The notes under the pieces are model-generated. The model searched no databases. It saw only the letters and a list, made by a program, of their open reading frames with translations, and was not told the DNA's origin. This document shows, one piece after another, positions 43,487 to 52,226 of a stretch of DNA of 64,000 nt. The position numbers were made by a program, and so were the translations under genes. Position 1 is the stretch's first letter. The number at the start of each line of letters is the position of its first letter. The DNA is taken from NCBI GenBank assembly GCA_963721365.1, contig CAVRJE010000016.1, positions 6,701 through 70,700 on the forward strand, given 5' to 3'. Source of the stretch: an uncultured Actinomycetota bacterium. GTDB taxonomy: Bacteria > Actinomycetota > Thermoleophilia > RBG-16-64-13.

Positions 43487-44479
43487 TTGCGGTCGAGGGA
43501 AAGACCGAGCCACGTCTGGTATCTCTGGCAGAACTGGAACAGGCAGGTATCCATCGAAGCCTCAGTCGCATCTTTACGCTTTGCCGTCATCGGCGCCGGC
43601 CGCCTCGGCGCCAGCTTGGCTCTGGCCCTTCGCCGACACGGACAGACACTCGTCGGTTTCACCGCGGCTTCCCCCGCCGGCCGGGTGCGGGCCGAGGAAT
43701 GGCTGGGTCTCCCGGCGTCGCCCGCCCTCTCCGACCTGGTGCGGCTGCGCCCCGACCTCTACTTCGTGTGCGTGCCCGACGGCGCGGTCATCGACGTCGC
43801 CGCCGAATTGGGCACGGAACTGCGGGCGGGGATCGAAGCCGTTCCGGATGGGGCGGCGCGCCGCCCCGTCGTCGCCCACACCAGCGGGGCCACGTCGGTC
43901 TCAGCGCTGCTGCCCTGCGAAGTAGCGCATGCGGCCACCCTTGTGTTCCACCCCCTTCAGACTTTCCCCGAGCCTCTCACCGGTGCCACGCGCTTCGCCG
44001 GGGCCGGAGTAGCGATCACCCCCGGTTCCGCCGATCCCGACGCAGCCGGGACGATGGGAATGAAGCTCGCGGACCTGCTGGGCATGCGCCCCTTCTTCCT
44101 CGCCGACGACAAGCGCGGGCTGTATCACGCCGCAGCCACGGTCGCGTGCAACTATCTGGTGACCCTGGAGTACCTGGCGGACGGGCTTTTCGTGAAGGCG
44201 GGCGTGCCGGAGCGAGTGACTCTGTCCCTCTTCCTGCCGTTGGTCCGAGCCACGCTCGAGAACCTGGCCGCCCGCGGACCGGTGGATGCGCTCACCGGCC
44301 CTCTCAGCCGGGGCGATGCGGCCACTATTGCCGGGCATCTGGAAGCCCTGGCCTCCGACGCCCCCGAGATACTTCCGGCGTATCGCGCACTCGGCCTGGC
44401 GACTCTCGACCTTGTCGACGCCCGGCGCGAGGTGGCGCCGGAGGTACTGGCCCGACTGCACGACCTGCTGGCCGAGTGA
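43487..44479 (+). CDS. Rossmann-fold / DUF2520-type putative oxidoreductase
   Basis: The FAVIGAGRLG dinucleotide fold and an Ala/Leu-rich C-domain resemble the DUF2520 proteins usually found next to panC in actinobacteria. The exact start is uncertain. Confidence 0.6.
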   Translation: MRSRERPSHVWYLWQNWNRQVSIEASVASLRFAVIGAGRLGASLALALRRHGQTLVGFTAASPAGRVRAEEWLGLPASPALSDLVRLRPDLYFVCVPDGAVIDVAAELGTELRAGIEAVPDGAARRPVVAHTSGATSVSALLPCEVAHAATLVFHPLQTFPEPLTGATRFAGAGVAITPGSADPDAAGTMGMKLADLLGMRPFFLADDKRGLYHAAATVACNYLVTLEYLADGLFVKAGVPERVTLSLFLPLVRATLENLAARGPVDALTGPLSRGDAATIAGHLEALASDAPEILPAYRALGLATLDLVDARREVAPEVLARLHDLLAE

Positions 44480-44519
44480 GACGATGACAACAGATGAACG
44501 CGAACAGGAAGGAACCCGA

Positions 44520-44972
44520 ATGTCAGTAGTGCCTGGAACATCGGGCCCCGTGACGGTGGTCACCGACACCGTACAGTTCAACACCAAAGGCGACGCGGAC
44601 ATGGTGAACCTTACCGAGGACGTCCGCCGCCTGGTACGCGAGGCCGGCCTGCGCGCCGGCACCGTGACCGTCTTCGTTCCCGGGGCCACCGGAGCGGTCA
44701 CCACGCTGGAGTTCGAGCCCGGGGTCGTGCAAGATTTCCGCGACCTGTTCGACCGCATCGCCTCCCCCGGCGAGCACTACAACCACAACGACACCCACCC
44801 GGACGTGAACGGGCACGCCCACGTACGCGCCGGTCTGCTGGGCCCTTCTCTCGTGGTCCCGTTCGACGGCCATGAGCTCTGCCTTGGTCGCTGGCAGGAG
44901 ATCTGTTTCGTGTGCTTCGACAATCGCCCCCGCGAACGCACGGTGATCGTGCAGACGTTCGGGGTCCGCTAG
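44520..44972 (+). CDS. YjbQ/UPF0047 family protein (secondary thiamine-phosphate synthase-like)
   Basis: About 150 aa with conserved ...GHAHVRAGLLGPSLVVPF...G.WQ.I. ATG 44520 has SD AGGAAGGAA. An alternative in-frame ATG lies at 44484. Confidence 0.7.
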   Translation: MSVVPGTSGPVTVVTDTVQFNTKGDADMVNLTEDVRRLVREAGLRAGTVTVFVPGATGAVTTLEFEPGVVQDFRDLFDRIASPGEHYNHNDTHPDVNGHAHVRAGLLGPSLVVPFDGHELCLGRWQEICFVCFDNRPRERTVIVQTFGVR

Positions 44973-44992
44973 ACCACCGAGGAGGAACGCTC

Positions 44993-46279
44993 ATGAAACC
45001 CGTTCTGCAGTTGGCCCTTGATTTCGTCGACCTACCGCGCGCCCTTCTGGTCGCGGAGGAGGCCGTGGCGGGAGGCGCCGACTGGTTGGAGGCGGGCACC
45101 CCGTTGATCAAGAGCGAGGGCCTGGAGGCGGTGCGCCAGTTGAGAGCCCGCTGGCCGGATCATATCGTCGTGGCCGACATGAAGACCATGGATGCGGGCC
45201 GGGCAGAGGTGGAATACGCGGCCAAGGCCGGGGCCAAAGTGGTGGGAGTGCTCGGCGCTGCCTCGGACGCCACCATCGGGGAGTGCGTGGAAGCGGCCCG
45301 CAACTATGGGGCCGAGATCATCGTGGACATGATCCAGGTCGACGACGTCGTCGCCCGGGCCAAAGCGGCGGAGCAGATGGGCGCCAGCTACATCGGCATA
45401 CACATCGCCATCGACGAGCAGATGCAAGGCAAGACCCCTTGGGACACGCTCCGTGAGGTAGCGCGGGCGGTGTCGATCCCGATCGCGGTCGCCGGCGGCA
45501 TAAACTCCGAGACGGCTCCCTTGGCGATCGAAGCGGGCGCCTCCATCGTCGTCGTCGGGGGGGCCATTACCAAGGCCGCCGACGCGACCGCGGCGACCTG
45601 GACCATCAAGCAGGCCATCGAGACGCTCGTACCTGTCGAATCGGAGTTCTTCGTGCGCGCCACCGGCCCCGACGTGCGCGACAAGCTCGCCCGGGTCTCG
45701 GCGGCCAACGTTTCCGACGCCCTCCACCGTAGCGGCGATATCCCGGGGTTGCGGCCGCTCACCCCCGGGTCGAGATTGGTGGGCCCGGCATTGACCGTCC
45801 GCACCTATCCCGGCGACTGGGCCAAACCGGTCGAGGCCATCGACCACGCCCAACCCGGTGACGTCATCGTTATCGACGCGGGCGGCGTGCCTCCCGCGAT
45901 CTGGGGCGAACTGGCGACCAACTCGGCCATACAGCGGGGCGTCGCGGGGGTGGTCATCTTCGGAGGAGCACGAGACACCGGCGACATCCGCGAACTCGGC
46001 TTTCCGTTGTTCTGCTCGCTGGTCACTCCTACTGCCGGCGAGCCCAAGGGTTTTGGCGAGATCGGAGTCCCGATACGGATCTCGGGCGTCCGGGTCTCTC
46101 CTGGGGACTGGATCATCGGAGACGACGACGGGGTCTGCGTCATTCCTCGGGAGAAGGCTGTGGAGTTCACGAACAGAGCCATGGACGTGCTCGAACGCGA
46201 GAACCGGCTCCGCAAGGAGATACAGGCAGGCAGCACGCTCAGCCAGGTCGGGTATCTCCAGCGGTGGGAGAAGCGCTAG
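44993..46279 (+). CDS. Bifunctional 3-hexulose-6-phosphate synthase-like (OMPdecase fold) / RraA-like aldolase-family protein
   Basis: The N-half LQLALDF...EAGTPLIK...ADMKTMD is HPS/KGPDC-like. The C-half NVSDAL...WGELAT...GVVIFGGARD is RraA/HMG-aldolase-like. ATG follows SD GAGGAGG. Confidence 0.75.
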   Translation: MKPVLQLALDFVDLPRALLVAEEAVAGGADWLEAGTPLIKSEGLEAVRQLRARWPDHIVVADMKTMDAGRAEVEYAAKAGAKVVGVLGAASDATIGECVEAARNYGAEIIVDMIQVDDVVARAKAAEQMGASYIGIHIAIDEQMQGKTPWDTLREVARAVSIPIAVAGGINSETAPLAIEAGASIVVVGGAITKAADATAATWTIKQAIETLVPVESEFFVRATGPDVRDKLARVSAANVSDALHRSGDIPGLRPLTPGSRLVGPALTVRTYPGDWAKPVEAIDHAQPGDVIVIDAGGVPPAIWGELATNSAIQRGVAGVVIFGGARDTGDIRELGFPLFCSLVTPTAGEPKGFGEIGVPIRISGVRVSPGDWIIGDDDGVCVIPREKAVEFTNRAMDVLERENRLRKEIQAGSTLSQVGYLQRWEKR

Positions 46280-46306
46280 AACGAACCCCGGACCTGGGAG
46301 ACGCGC

Positions 46307-46900
46307 GTGAAGTCATTCTTCGGTTGGACGGCTCCCCTGTTCAAACTCAGCCGGCACCGGTTCTCAGATGCCGATTTCCAGCGCTTCGCGGACCACGTGC
46401 GGCCGTGCGTGCCGTCCGGCGGCCGGTTGCTCGACTTGGGCGGCGGCACCGGGGACCTAGGCCTGGGGGTCGGAAGAGCGCTCGGCGCCGATGTCGTCGT
46501 GGCGGACGTCACCCCCGAGATGCTCTATCGGGTCTCCGCGCATCCGTCCATGTCGGTCCGGCTCACGGCCGCCGAATCCCTCCCCTTCGCCGATGCCTAT
46601 TTCGACGGGCTGCTTTGCTCGGACGCCTTCCATCACTTCCGCGACCAAGCAGCCGCGGCGCGAGAGATGGCCCGCGTGGTGCGGCCCGGGGGCTGCATGC
46701 TGGTGCTCGAGTTCCGCCGAGCCGGCTTCGGCCACTTTCTGGTATTCGCTGAGCGCCGCCTCGGGGAGCCCGGCTCCTTCCTCGAGCCCGAGGAACTTCG
46801 TACCCTACTGGCCGCGGAGGGCGTTGACGGCTCGATTACCCAGAAGGGGCTGATCACCTACACGTTCGCCGGCTACAACCGGGGAACGCACACGGCCTAG
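46307..46900 (+). CDS. Class I SAM-dependent methyltransferase
   Basis: Motif [10 protein letters not shown] and post-I/II motifs, 197 aa. Confidence 0.8.
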   Translation: MKSFFGWTAPLFKLSRHRFSDADFQRFADHVRPCVPSGGRLLDLGGGTGDLGLGVGRALGADVVVADVTPEMLYRVSAHPSMSVRLTAAESLPFADAYFDGLLCSDAFHHFRDQAAAAREMARVVRPGGCMLVLEFRRAGFGHFLVFAERRLGEPGSFLEPEELRTLLAAEGVDGSITQKGLITYTFAGYNRGTHTA

Positions 46901-46913
46901 CCGAGGAGCCGGA

Positions 46914-47006
46914 GTGTCCGTGTTCCGTTGGGCCGCGCCGCTCTTCAAGCGCGGCGCCCGTCACTGGGGCGATGGCGACTTCCGGTTCATCGCCGGTAGG
47001 CTGCGG
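46914..47006 (+). pseudogene. Truncated paralogue (first ~31 codons) of the adjacent methyltransferase
   Basis: GTG start with [39 protein letters not shown] aligns with [32 protein letters not shown] of the upstream gene. The similarity stops where the convergent panC core begins. Confidence 0.6.
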
Positions 47007-47859
47007 CCCACGGTGATGTTGTCGATCAGCCTCGTCTCGCCGAACCAGACCGCAGGCGCGATCAGGCAGGTACCGACGACGACGTCGCAGCGAGGCCAGG
47101 TCGTCCGTGTCCACGATCTCCACGTAGTCGATCTTCGCGAGGTCCGCTTCCGCGACCAGCGCGCAGATCTCGTCCTTGAGCCGCCGGACATCACGCTCTC
47201 CGTTCTCCACCAGCGTCAGCGCCGCCGACAGAGCCCGGTGGAGCACGGGCGCCTGCGCCCGCTCCTCCGGGGAGAGCCGGACATTGCGCGAGCCGAGGGC
47301 AAGGCCGTCGGGCTCGCGGACGGTGGGGCAGGGCACTATCCGGACGGGGATGTCGAGTTCTCTCACCATCTTCTTGATCACTGCCAGCTGCTGAGCGTCC
47401 TTCTCCCCGAAGTACGCCCGGTCCGGCCGGCAGATGTTGAAGAGCTTGGTCACGACCGTGCACACACCCACGGAAGTGGCCCGGCCTTGATGCTCCGCAC
47501 AATCCCTGGGTCAGCCCTTCCACCTCGACCCAGGTGGAGAAGCCCTTCGTCGGGTACATCTCCCACACCGGCGGGCTGAAGACAAGGTCGGCGCCGGCGT
47601 TCCGCGCGAGCGCCAGGTCACGTTCCAGGTCGCGGGGATAGGTCTCGAGATCCTCGCCCGCCCCGAACTGAGTTGGATTGACGAAGATCGATACGACGAC
47701 GAACCCGTTTTCGGCTCGCGCCCGGCGGATCAGAGAGAGGTGCCCCTCGTGGAGGGCCCCCATCGTAGGAACGAGCCCGATGGTCGCGTCCCGGCCTCGA
47801 GCCTCTTCGAGCACGGACCGCACGCCGGCGATCGTCTCGATGCAGGGGATGCGCGCCAT
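46961..47859 (-). pseudogene. panC: Pantoate--beta-alanine ligase, two frame breaks as assembled
   Basis: Motifs [35 protein letters not shown] spread over ORFs 47191-48129, 46854-47471 and 46961-47194. Two +1 offsets lie near 47470-47490 and 47090. The ATG overlaps the upstream stop (TGATG). Confidence 0.85.
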
Positions 47860-48848
47860 CAACCGCGGGCTCCCGTGCCGCTGCCTGCCTCCGCGTCCCG
47901 CCCCGCCCAGTCGGACACCGACGGCGCCCCTCCCAGGCTCTCGGCCTCCCGCACCGCCCGGCGGATGCTTGCCGCGACCGCTTCCGCGGCGGCCACCCCC
48001 ACCTGGAACACGTTGCTCGTCCGGCGGCCGGTCGCCATCACGAAGACACAGTCTCCGTCTCGAGGAGTGTGAACGGGGTCTATCGCCCGAGCCATACCAT
48101 CGTGAGCCATGCGAGCGACGATGGCGCATTGCAGTTTGTCGAGTGCGGCGTCGGTCATGACGACCGCGAGCGTGGTGCTTTCGATGGCGCCGAAGACCGG
48201 CGCCGAGGTCATGGCGAGCAGCGAGGCCTTGCTGCCGGCGAACCCAGCGCCGCGGCGCGCCCCTGCGAGGATGTCCCCCCGCTCATCCAGTACGTCGCCC
48301 AGCGCGTTCACCACGGTCAGCGCGCTCACGGTCACGCGGCCGCCGATCTCCACCGAGGCCAGGCCTACCCCGCCTTTCATCAGCCCCTCGAAGTTGAGCA
48401 GCTTGCCGACCGTCGCTCCCGTGCCCGCGCCCACCGACCCTTCCCCGACGATATGCCCTGCCGAGGCCGCCGCCTGATACGCCTCCCGAGCGCGCGGGCA
48501 GGCTTCCGCGCTCCCGAGGCCGAGGTCGTAGATGACCGCGGCGGCGACGAGGGGGATCTTGGCGAACGGGGTCTGGTATCCGTGCCCGCCCTCCTGGAGG
48601 AAGGTGGTGACTCCCGCGGCCGCCGCCAATCCCGGTGCGCTCCCCCCGGTCAGAAGAACGGCATGGAGCTCCGCTACCGAAGCGTACGGCGAAAGAAGGG
48701 CGGTCTCGAGCGTCCCCGGGGCTCCTCCCCGGATGTCGACCGACGCGACCACCCCTTGGGGAGCCAGCACGGCCGTGCAGCCGGTCAGCCCCTCCAGGTC
48801 GGAGTAATGACCGATGGAGATCCCTTCGAGCGGGAGTTCGGCCGCCAT
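47859..48848 (-). CDS. P1 (DmpA/S58) family aminopeptidase
   Basis: 329 aa with conserved GxTGCTAVL, GGAPGT and the self-cleavage-type GxGT(G)A pattern typical of DmpA/BapA-like Ntn hydrolases. Confidence 0.75.
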   Translation of the reverse strand: MAAELPLEGISIGHYSDLEGLTGCTAVLAPQGVVASVDIRGGAPGTLETALLSPYASVAELHAVLLTGGSAPGLAAAAGVTTFLQEGGHGYQTPFAKIPLVAAAVIYDLGLGSAEACPRAREAYQAAASAGHIVGEGSVGAGTGATVGKLLNFEGLMKGGVGLASVEIGGRVTVSALTVVNALGDVLDERGDILAGARRGAGFAGSKASLLAMTSAPVFGAIESTTLAVVMTDAALDKLQCAIVARMAHDGMARAIDPVHTPRDGDCVFVMATGRRTSNVFQVGVAAAEAVAASIRRAVREAESLGGAPSVSDWAGRDAEAGSGTGARG

Positions 48849-48877
48849 TTCGCCTCCGGGTCTGCTCGGGTCCGGAC

Positions 48878-50182
48878 CTACCGCGAGTTCTTCCTCATCT
48901 GGTCAAGGAACTCCGTATTGGACTTGGTCTCCTTGAGCTTCTGGATGAGCAGCTCGATGGCGGCGTTCGGGTCGAGCGCATGGAGCACCGACCGCAACTT
49001 CCAGACCATCTTGGCCTCGGCCGGATCCATCAGGAGCTCTTCCTTCCGCGTGCCGGAGTTCTCGATGTCGATGGCCGGGAAGATCCGCTTGTTCGCCAGC
49101 TGGCGGGTGAGCCGTACTTCCCAGTTGCCGGTACCCTTGAACTCCTCGAAGATGACCTCGTCCATCCGCGACCCCGTCTCCACAAGCGCCGTGGCGAGGA
49201 TGGTGAGCGAGCCCCCCTCCTCGATGTTCCGGGCGGCCCCGAAGAATTTCTTGGGCGGATAGAGCGCGGTCGAGTCCACCCCACCCGAGAGGATGCGGCC
49301 GCTGGCCGGCGCCTGCAGGTTGTAGGCCCGGGCCATACGGGTGATGGAGTCAAGAAGCACGACCACGTCCCTGCCCACTTCAACCAGGCGCTTGACCCGC
49401 TCCAGCACCAACTCGGTGACCTGCACGTGGTTCTCGCCCGGCATGTCGAACGTAGAACTGACCACTTCGCCCGTCACCGTACGCTCCATGTCGGTGACCT
49501 CCTCCGGCCGCTCATCGACGAGCAGCACGAGCAGGTGCACCTCGGGGTTGTTGGTAGCGATGGCGTGCGCCAGATCCTTCAGGATGGTTGTCTTCCCCGC
49601 CTTCGGAGGCGAAACGATCAGGCCTCGCTGGCCCTTGCCGAGGGGACTCATGATATCCATGACCCGGGCGGAGAGGCGATCGGGCGTGGTCTCGAGCCGC
49701 AGGCGCTCATCGGGGAACAAGGGCGTCAGCGAATCGAAGGTCGGGCGGTGGCGCGCCTGCTCGGGATCCATACCGTTGACGGTCTGGATCTTGAGGAGGG
49801 CGTGGTACTTCTCGTTGTCGCGCGGGGTCCGCACTTGGCCGTTGATCTCGTCGCCCCGACGCAGCTTGAAGCGTCTGATCTGAGACAGGGACACATATAT
49901 GTCGGAGTCCGACTGGGTGTAGCCCTGGGTCCGCAGAAAGCCGTAGCCATCCGGGAGGATATCGAGCAGCCCGGTGCGAAAATGCAGGCCTCTGTCCTGG
50001 GATTGCTCGTTCAGGATCTTCATGATGAGATCCTGCTTCGAGTACTTGCGGAAGTTCTTGATGCCGAGCTCCCCGGCGACCATGTGCAGGTCGGACAGGA
50101 GCTTGGGCTCGATCTCGGCCAGCGAGGTGGCTCTTGCCGTCGTGCGGCTTTCTTGTTCGTCGTTCTCGTTCATTCGCAACAA
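48878..50182 (-). CDS. rho: Transcription termination factor Rho
   Basis: 434 aa with Rho N-terminal and CSD-like RNA-binding domain, Walker A PPKAGKT, and the RecA-type core. The start may be MNENDEQ three codons in. Confidence 0.95.
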   Translation of the reverse strand: MLRMNENDEQESRTTARATSLAEIEPKLLSDLHMVAGELGIKNFRKYSKQDLIMKILNEQSQDRGLHFRTGLLDILPDGYGFLRTQGYTQSDSDIYVSLSQIRRFKLRRGDEINGQVRTPRDNEKYHALLKIQTVNGMDPEQARHRPTFDSLTPLFPDERLRLETTPDRLSARVMDIMSPLGKGQRGLIVSPPKAGKTTILKDLAHAIATNNPEVHLLVLLVDERPEEVTDMERTVTGEVVSSTFDMPGENHVQVTELVLERVKRLVEVGRDVVVLLDSITRMARAYNLQAPASGRILSGGVDSTALYPPKKFFGAARNIEEGGSLTILATALVETGSRMDEVIFEEFKGTGNWEVRLTRQLANKRIFPAIDIENSGTRKEELLMDPAEAKMVWKLRSVLHALDPNAAIELLIQKLKETKSNTEFLDQMRKNSR

Positions 50183-50216
50183 TCTCTTCTTTCGTTCGTT
50201 CGTTCTTTGAACCTGG

Positions 50217-51254
50217 TCATCTGATTCCGAGAGCCACCATCGGGCCCCCGTTCTCGGAGCGATGCAACGTCCTTATGGTGCGGACCGCGTGGCAGTTGGA
50301 GCACAGCACCAGCGTCTCGGTCTGCACGCCGTCGGGCCGCACGTCTATGCCCCGGAGGAACCTGCCCCCGGTCACGCCCGTGGCTGCGAACAAGACACCG
50401 TCGCCGGCCATGTCGGCAGTGGCCAGAGGAGCCTCGACATCATCGAGACCGGTCGCCCGCACCTGCTCCACCTGATGGCGGGATACCGGCCAGAAGCGGG
50501 CGCGTATCTCGCCGCCGAGGCAGCGCATGGCCGCCGCTGCGATCACTCCTTCGACGGAGCCTCCTATCCCGATGGTCATGTGGACTCCGCTGTCTCTGGC
50601 CGCAGCCGCGATGCCGGCCGAGATATCGCCGTCGGGTATCAGCCTGAGACGCGCGCCCGCCGCCCGTATCTGAGCGGCCAATTCGTCGTGCCGCGGCCTG
50701 TCGAGGACGACCACCACGAGCTCTCCGGGCTCACGCCCAAGGGCCGCGGCGACGCGGCGGATGTTCTCGCCCACCGACGCGTCGATATCGACGGCAGCCC
50801 CAGCACGGCCGGCGACCATCACCTTCTGCATGTACATCTCGGGCACCGGCATCAGGCTTCCCCGGGGTCCCGCAGCTATCATCGCCAGTGCGCCCTCGGC
50901 TCCGCGGGCAAGGGCGTTGAGGGCTTCGAGGGGCTGCACCACGGCGTCCCATACCGGGGAGAGGCTTTTGGCCTCGCCGGTTTCGCTGACCTCGCCGGTC
51001 TCGCCGGCCCAGTCCCCGGGGACGCCGCCCAACTCGTCTCCCGGCTGAAGCAAGGCAGGCCCCCGGCCGCTGCCGCGGCTCGCGACCACTCTGACCTTCA
51101 CAGGCATCTCGGCCAGAGCGTCGGCCATCGCCGTGCGGGCCGCCATTTCACCGGCCAGCCCATCGCCCCGCCCGATCCAGTCCGCCGCTCCCAGCGCGGC
51201 CGCCTCGGTCACCACCGCGAAACGCGCACATATACAGCGGCCCTCAGCGTTCAC
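50217..51254 (-). CDS. glpX: Class II fructose-1,6-bisphosphatase (GlpX)-like protein, divergent
   Basis: GlpX signature VTEAAALGAADWIGRGD, IPDGDISAGI, GIGGSVEGV. It has an insert, and two canonical metal-ligand positions are non-canonical (see findings). The GTG start overlaps the 2PGK end. Confidence 0.75.
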   Translation of the reverse strand: MNAEGRCICARFAVVTEAAALGAADWIGRGDGLAGEMAARTAMADALAEMPVKVRVVASRGSGRGPALLQPGDELGGVPGDWAGETGEVSETGEAKSLSPVWDAVVQPLEALNALARGAEGALAMIAAGPRGSLMPVPEMYMQKVMVAGRAGAAVDIDASVGENIRRVAAALGREPGELVVVVLDRPRHDELAAQIRAAGARLRLIPDGDISAGIAAAARDSGVHMTIGIGGSVEGVIAAAAMRCLGGEIRARFWPVSRHQVEQVRATGLDDVEAPLATADMAGDGVLFAATGVTGGRFLRGIDVRPDGVQTETLVLCSNCHAVRTIRTLHRSENGGPMVALGIR

Positions 51255-52222
51255 CAGCCTGCACCTCAGTCTGCTCGATGACTCCGTACAGCGCGTCCAC
51301 TACCGTCCCGACCGTGTCGTCGATGCTCACGTTGTCTACCACGAGCGTGCCCTCCGTCGCGGCCCGCTCGAGGATGAACCCCTGGATCTTCCTGATATCG
51401 TCGAACCCCTGCAGATATCGGGCCAGCTTTCTCTTGCCGGAGGTCTGCTGCTCGCGCACCATGAAATGGCTCCTGTGAAGCGCGGGGTCGGTCACCGAGA
51501 CGACCAGTGGCAGCAGCAACACATCCGACATGCGCTCTTCGCTCGCCCTCGGCGCCAGCATTCCCGGCACCATATGTACCCCTTCTACCACCAGACTCGT
51601 CCGCTCCCTTATCGCCCGGTCGATGATGGCGAGCACTCCCACCGCGACCATCTCGACCTGCTCCATGAATCCCAGCAGCCCCGCGTCGAACCCCGCGCCC
51701 ACCGGGATCCTCACCGCCATACCCGCCTCGTACGACGAGTAGTGGATGGACGGCATGCAGCGTCTCCGAAAAGAACGCCCGCATCGCCTCCCGGATGGAA
51801 TCGGTGGAAATGATCCTCACGATCCCCAGCCGCTCCGCCACCTGCGCCGCGATGGTGCTCTTCCCCACTCCCGTCGCGCCGCCGATGAGTACGACGACCG
51901 GTCGGTCTTCGGCCGCCATTCGGTTCCAGACCCGGTACCGCAGCAGATACCGGGGCTCCACGCTATCGGCGAGCACCGTCTCCACCAACCGGCGAAGCTC
52001 GACCACGCTGATCTCGCGCTCCGCGGACTGCAACAGCTGCCACTCCACATCGAGCGCCACTGCATATGCCCGCTGCGGCGAAAGCCCGGTAGAGGTGAGA
52101 GCCGTCGCGAGAAGCCCCTTGGAGAACGGGACCTTGTGCCCCTCGCTCACCAGCTGGATGGGAGGCCCCTCGGGCTTCCCTGTCGCCTCGCGCGACTCTC
52201 CCTTCTCCATGGGACCGTTCAC
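51244..52222 (-). pseudogene. 2-phosphoglycerate kinase (ATP-cone + P-loop kinase), one frame break as assembled
   Basis: N-terminal ATP-cone-like segment (VPFSKGLLATALTSTGLSPQRAY), P-loop LIGGATGVGKSTIA, and C-terminal half in ORF 51244-51756. A +1 offset lies near 51750. Confidence 0.65.
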
Positions 52223-52226
52223 CTTT

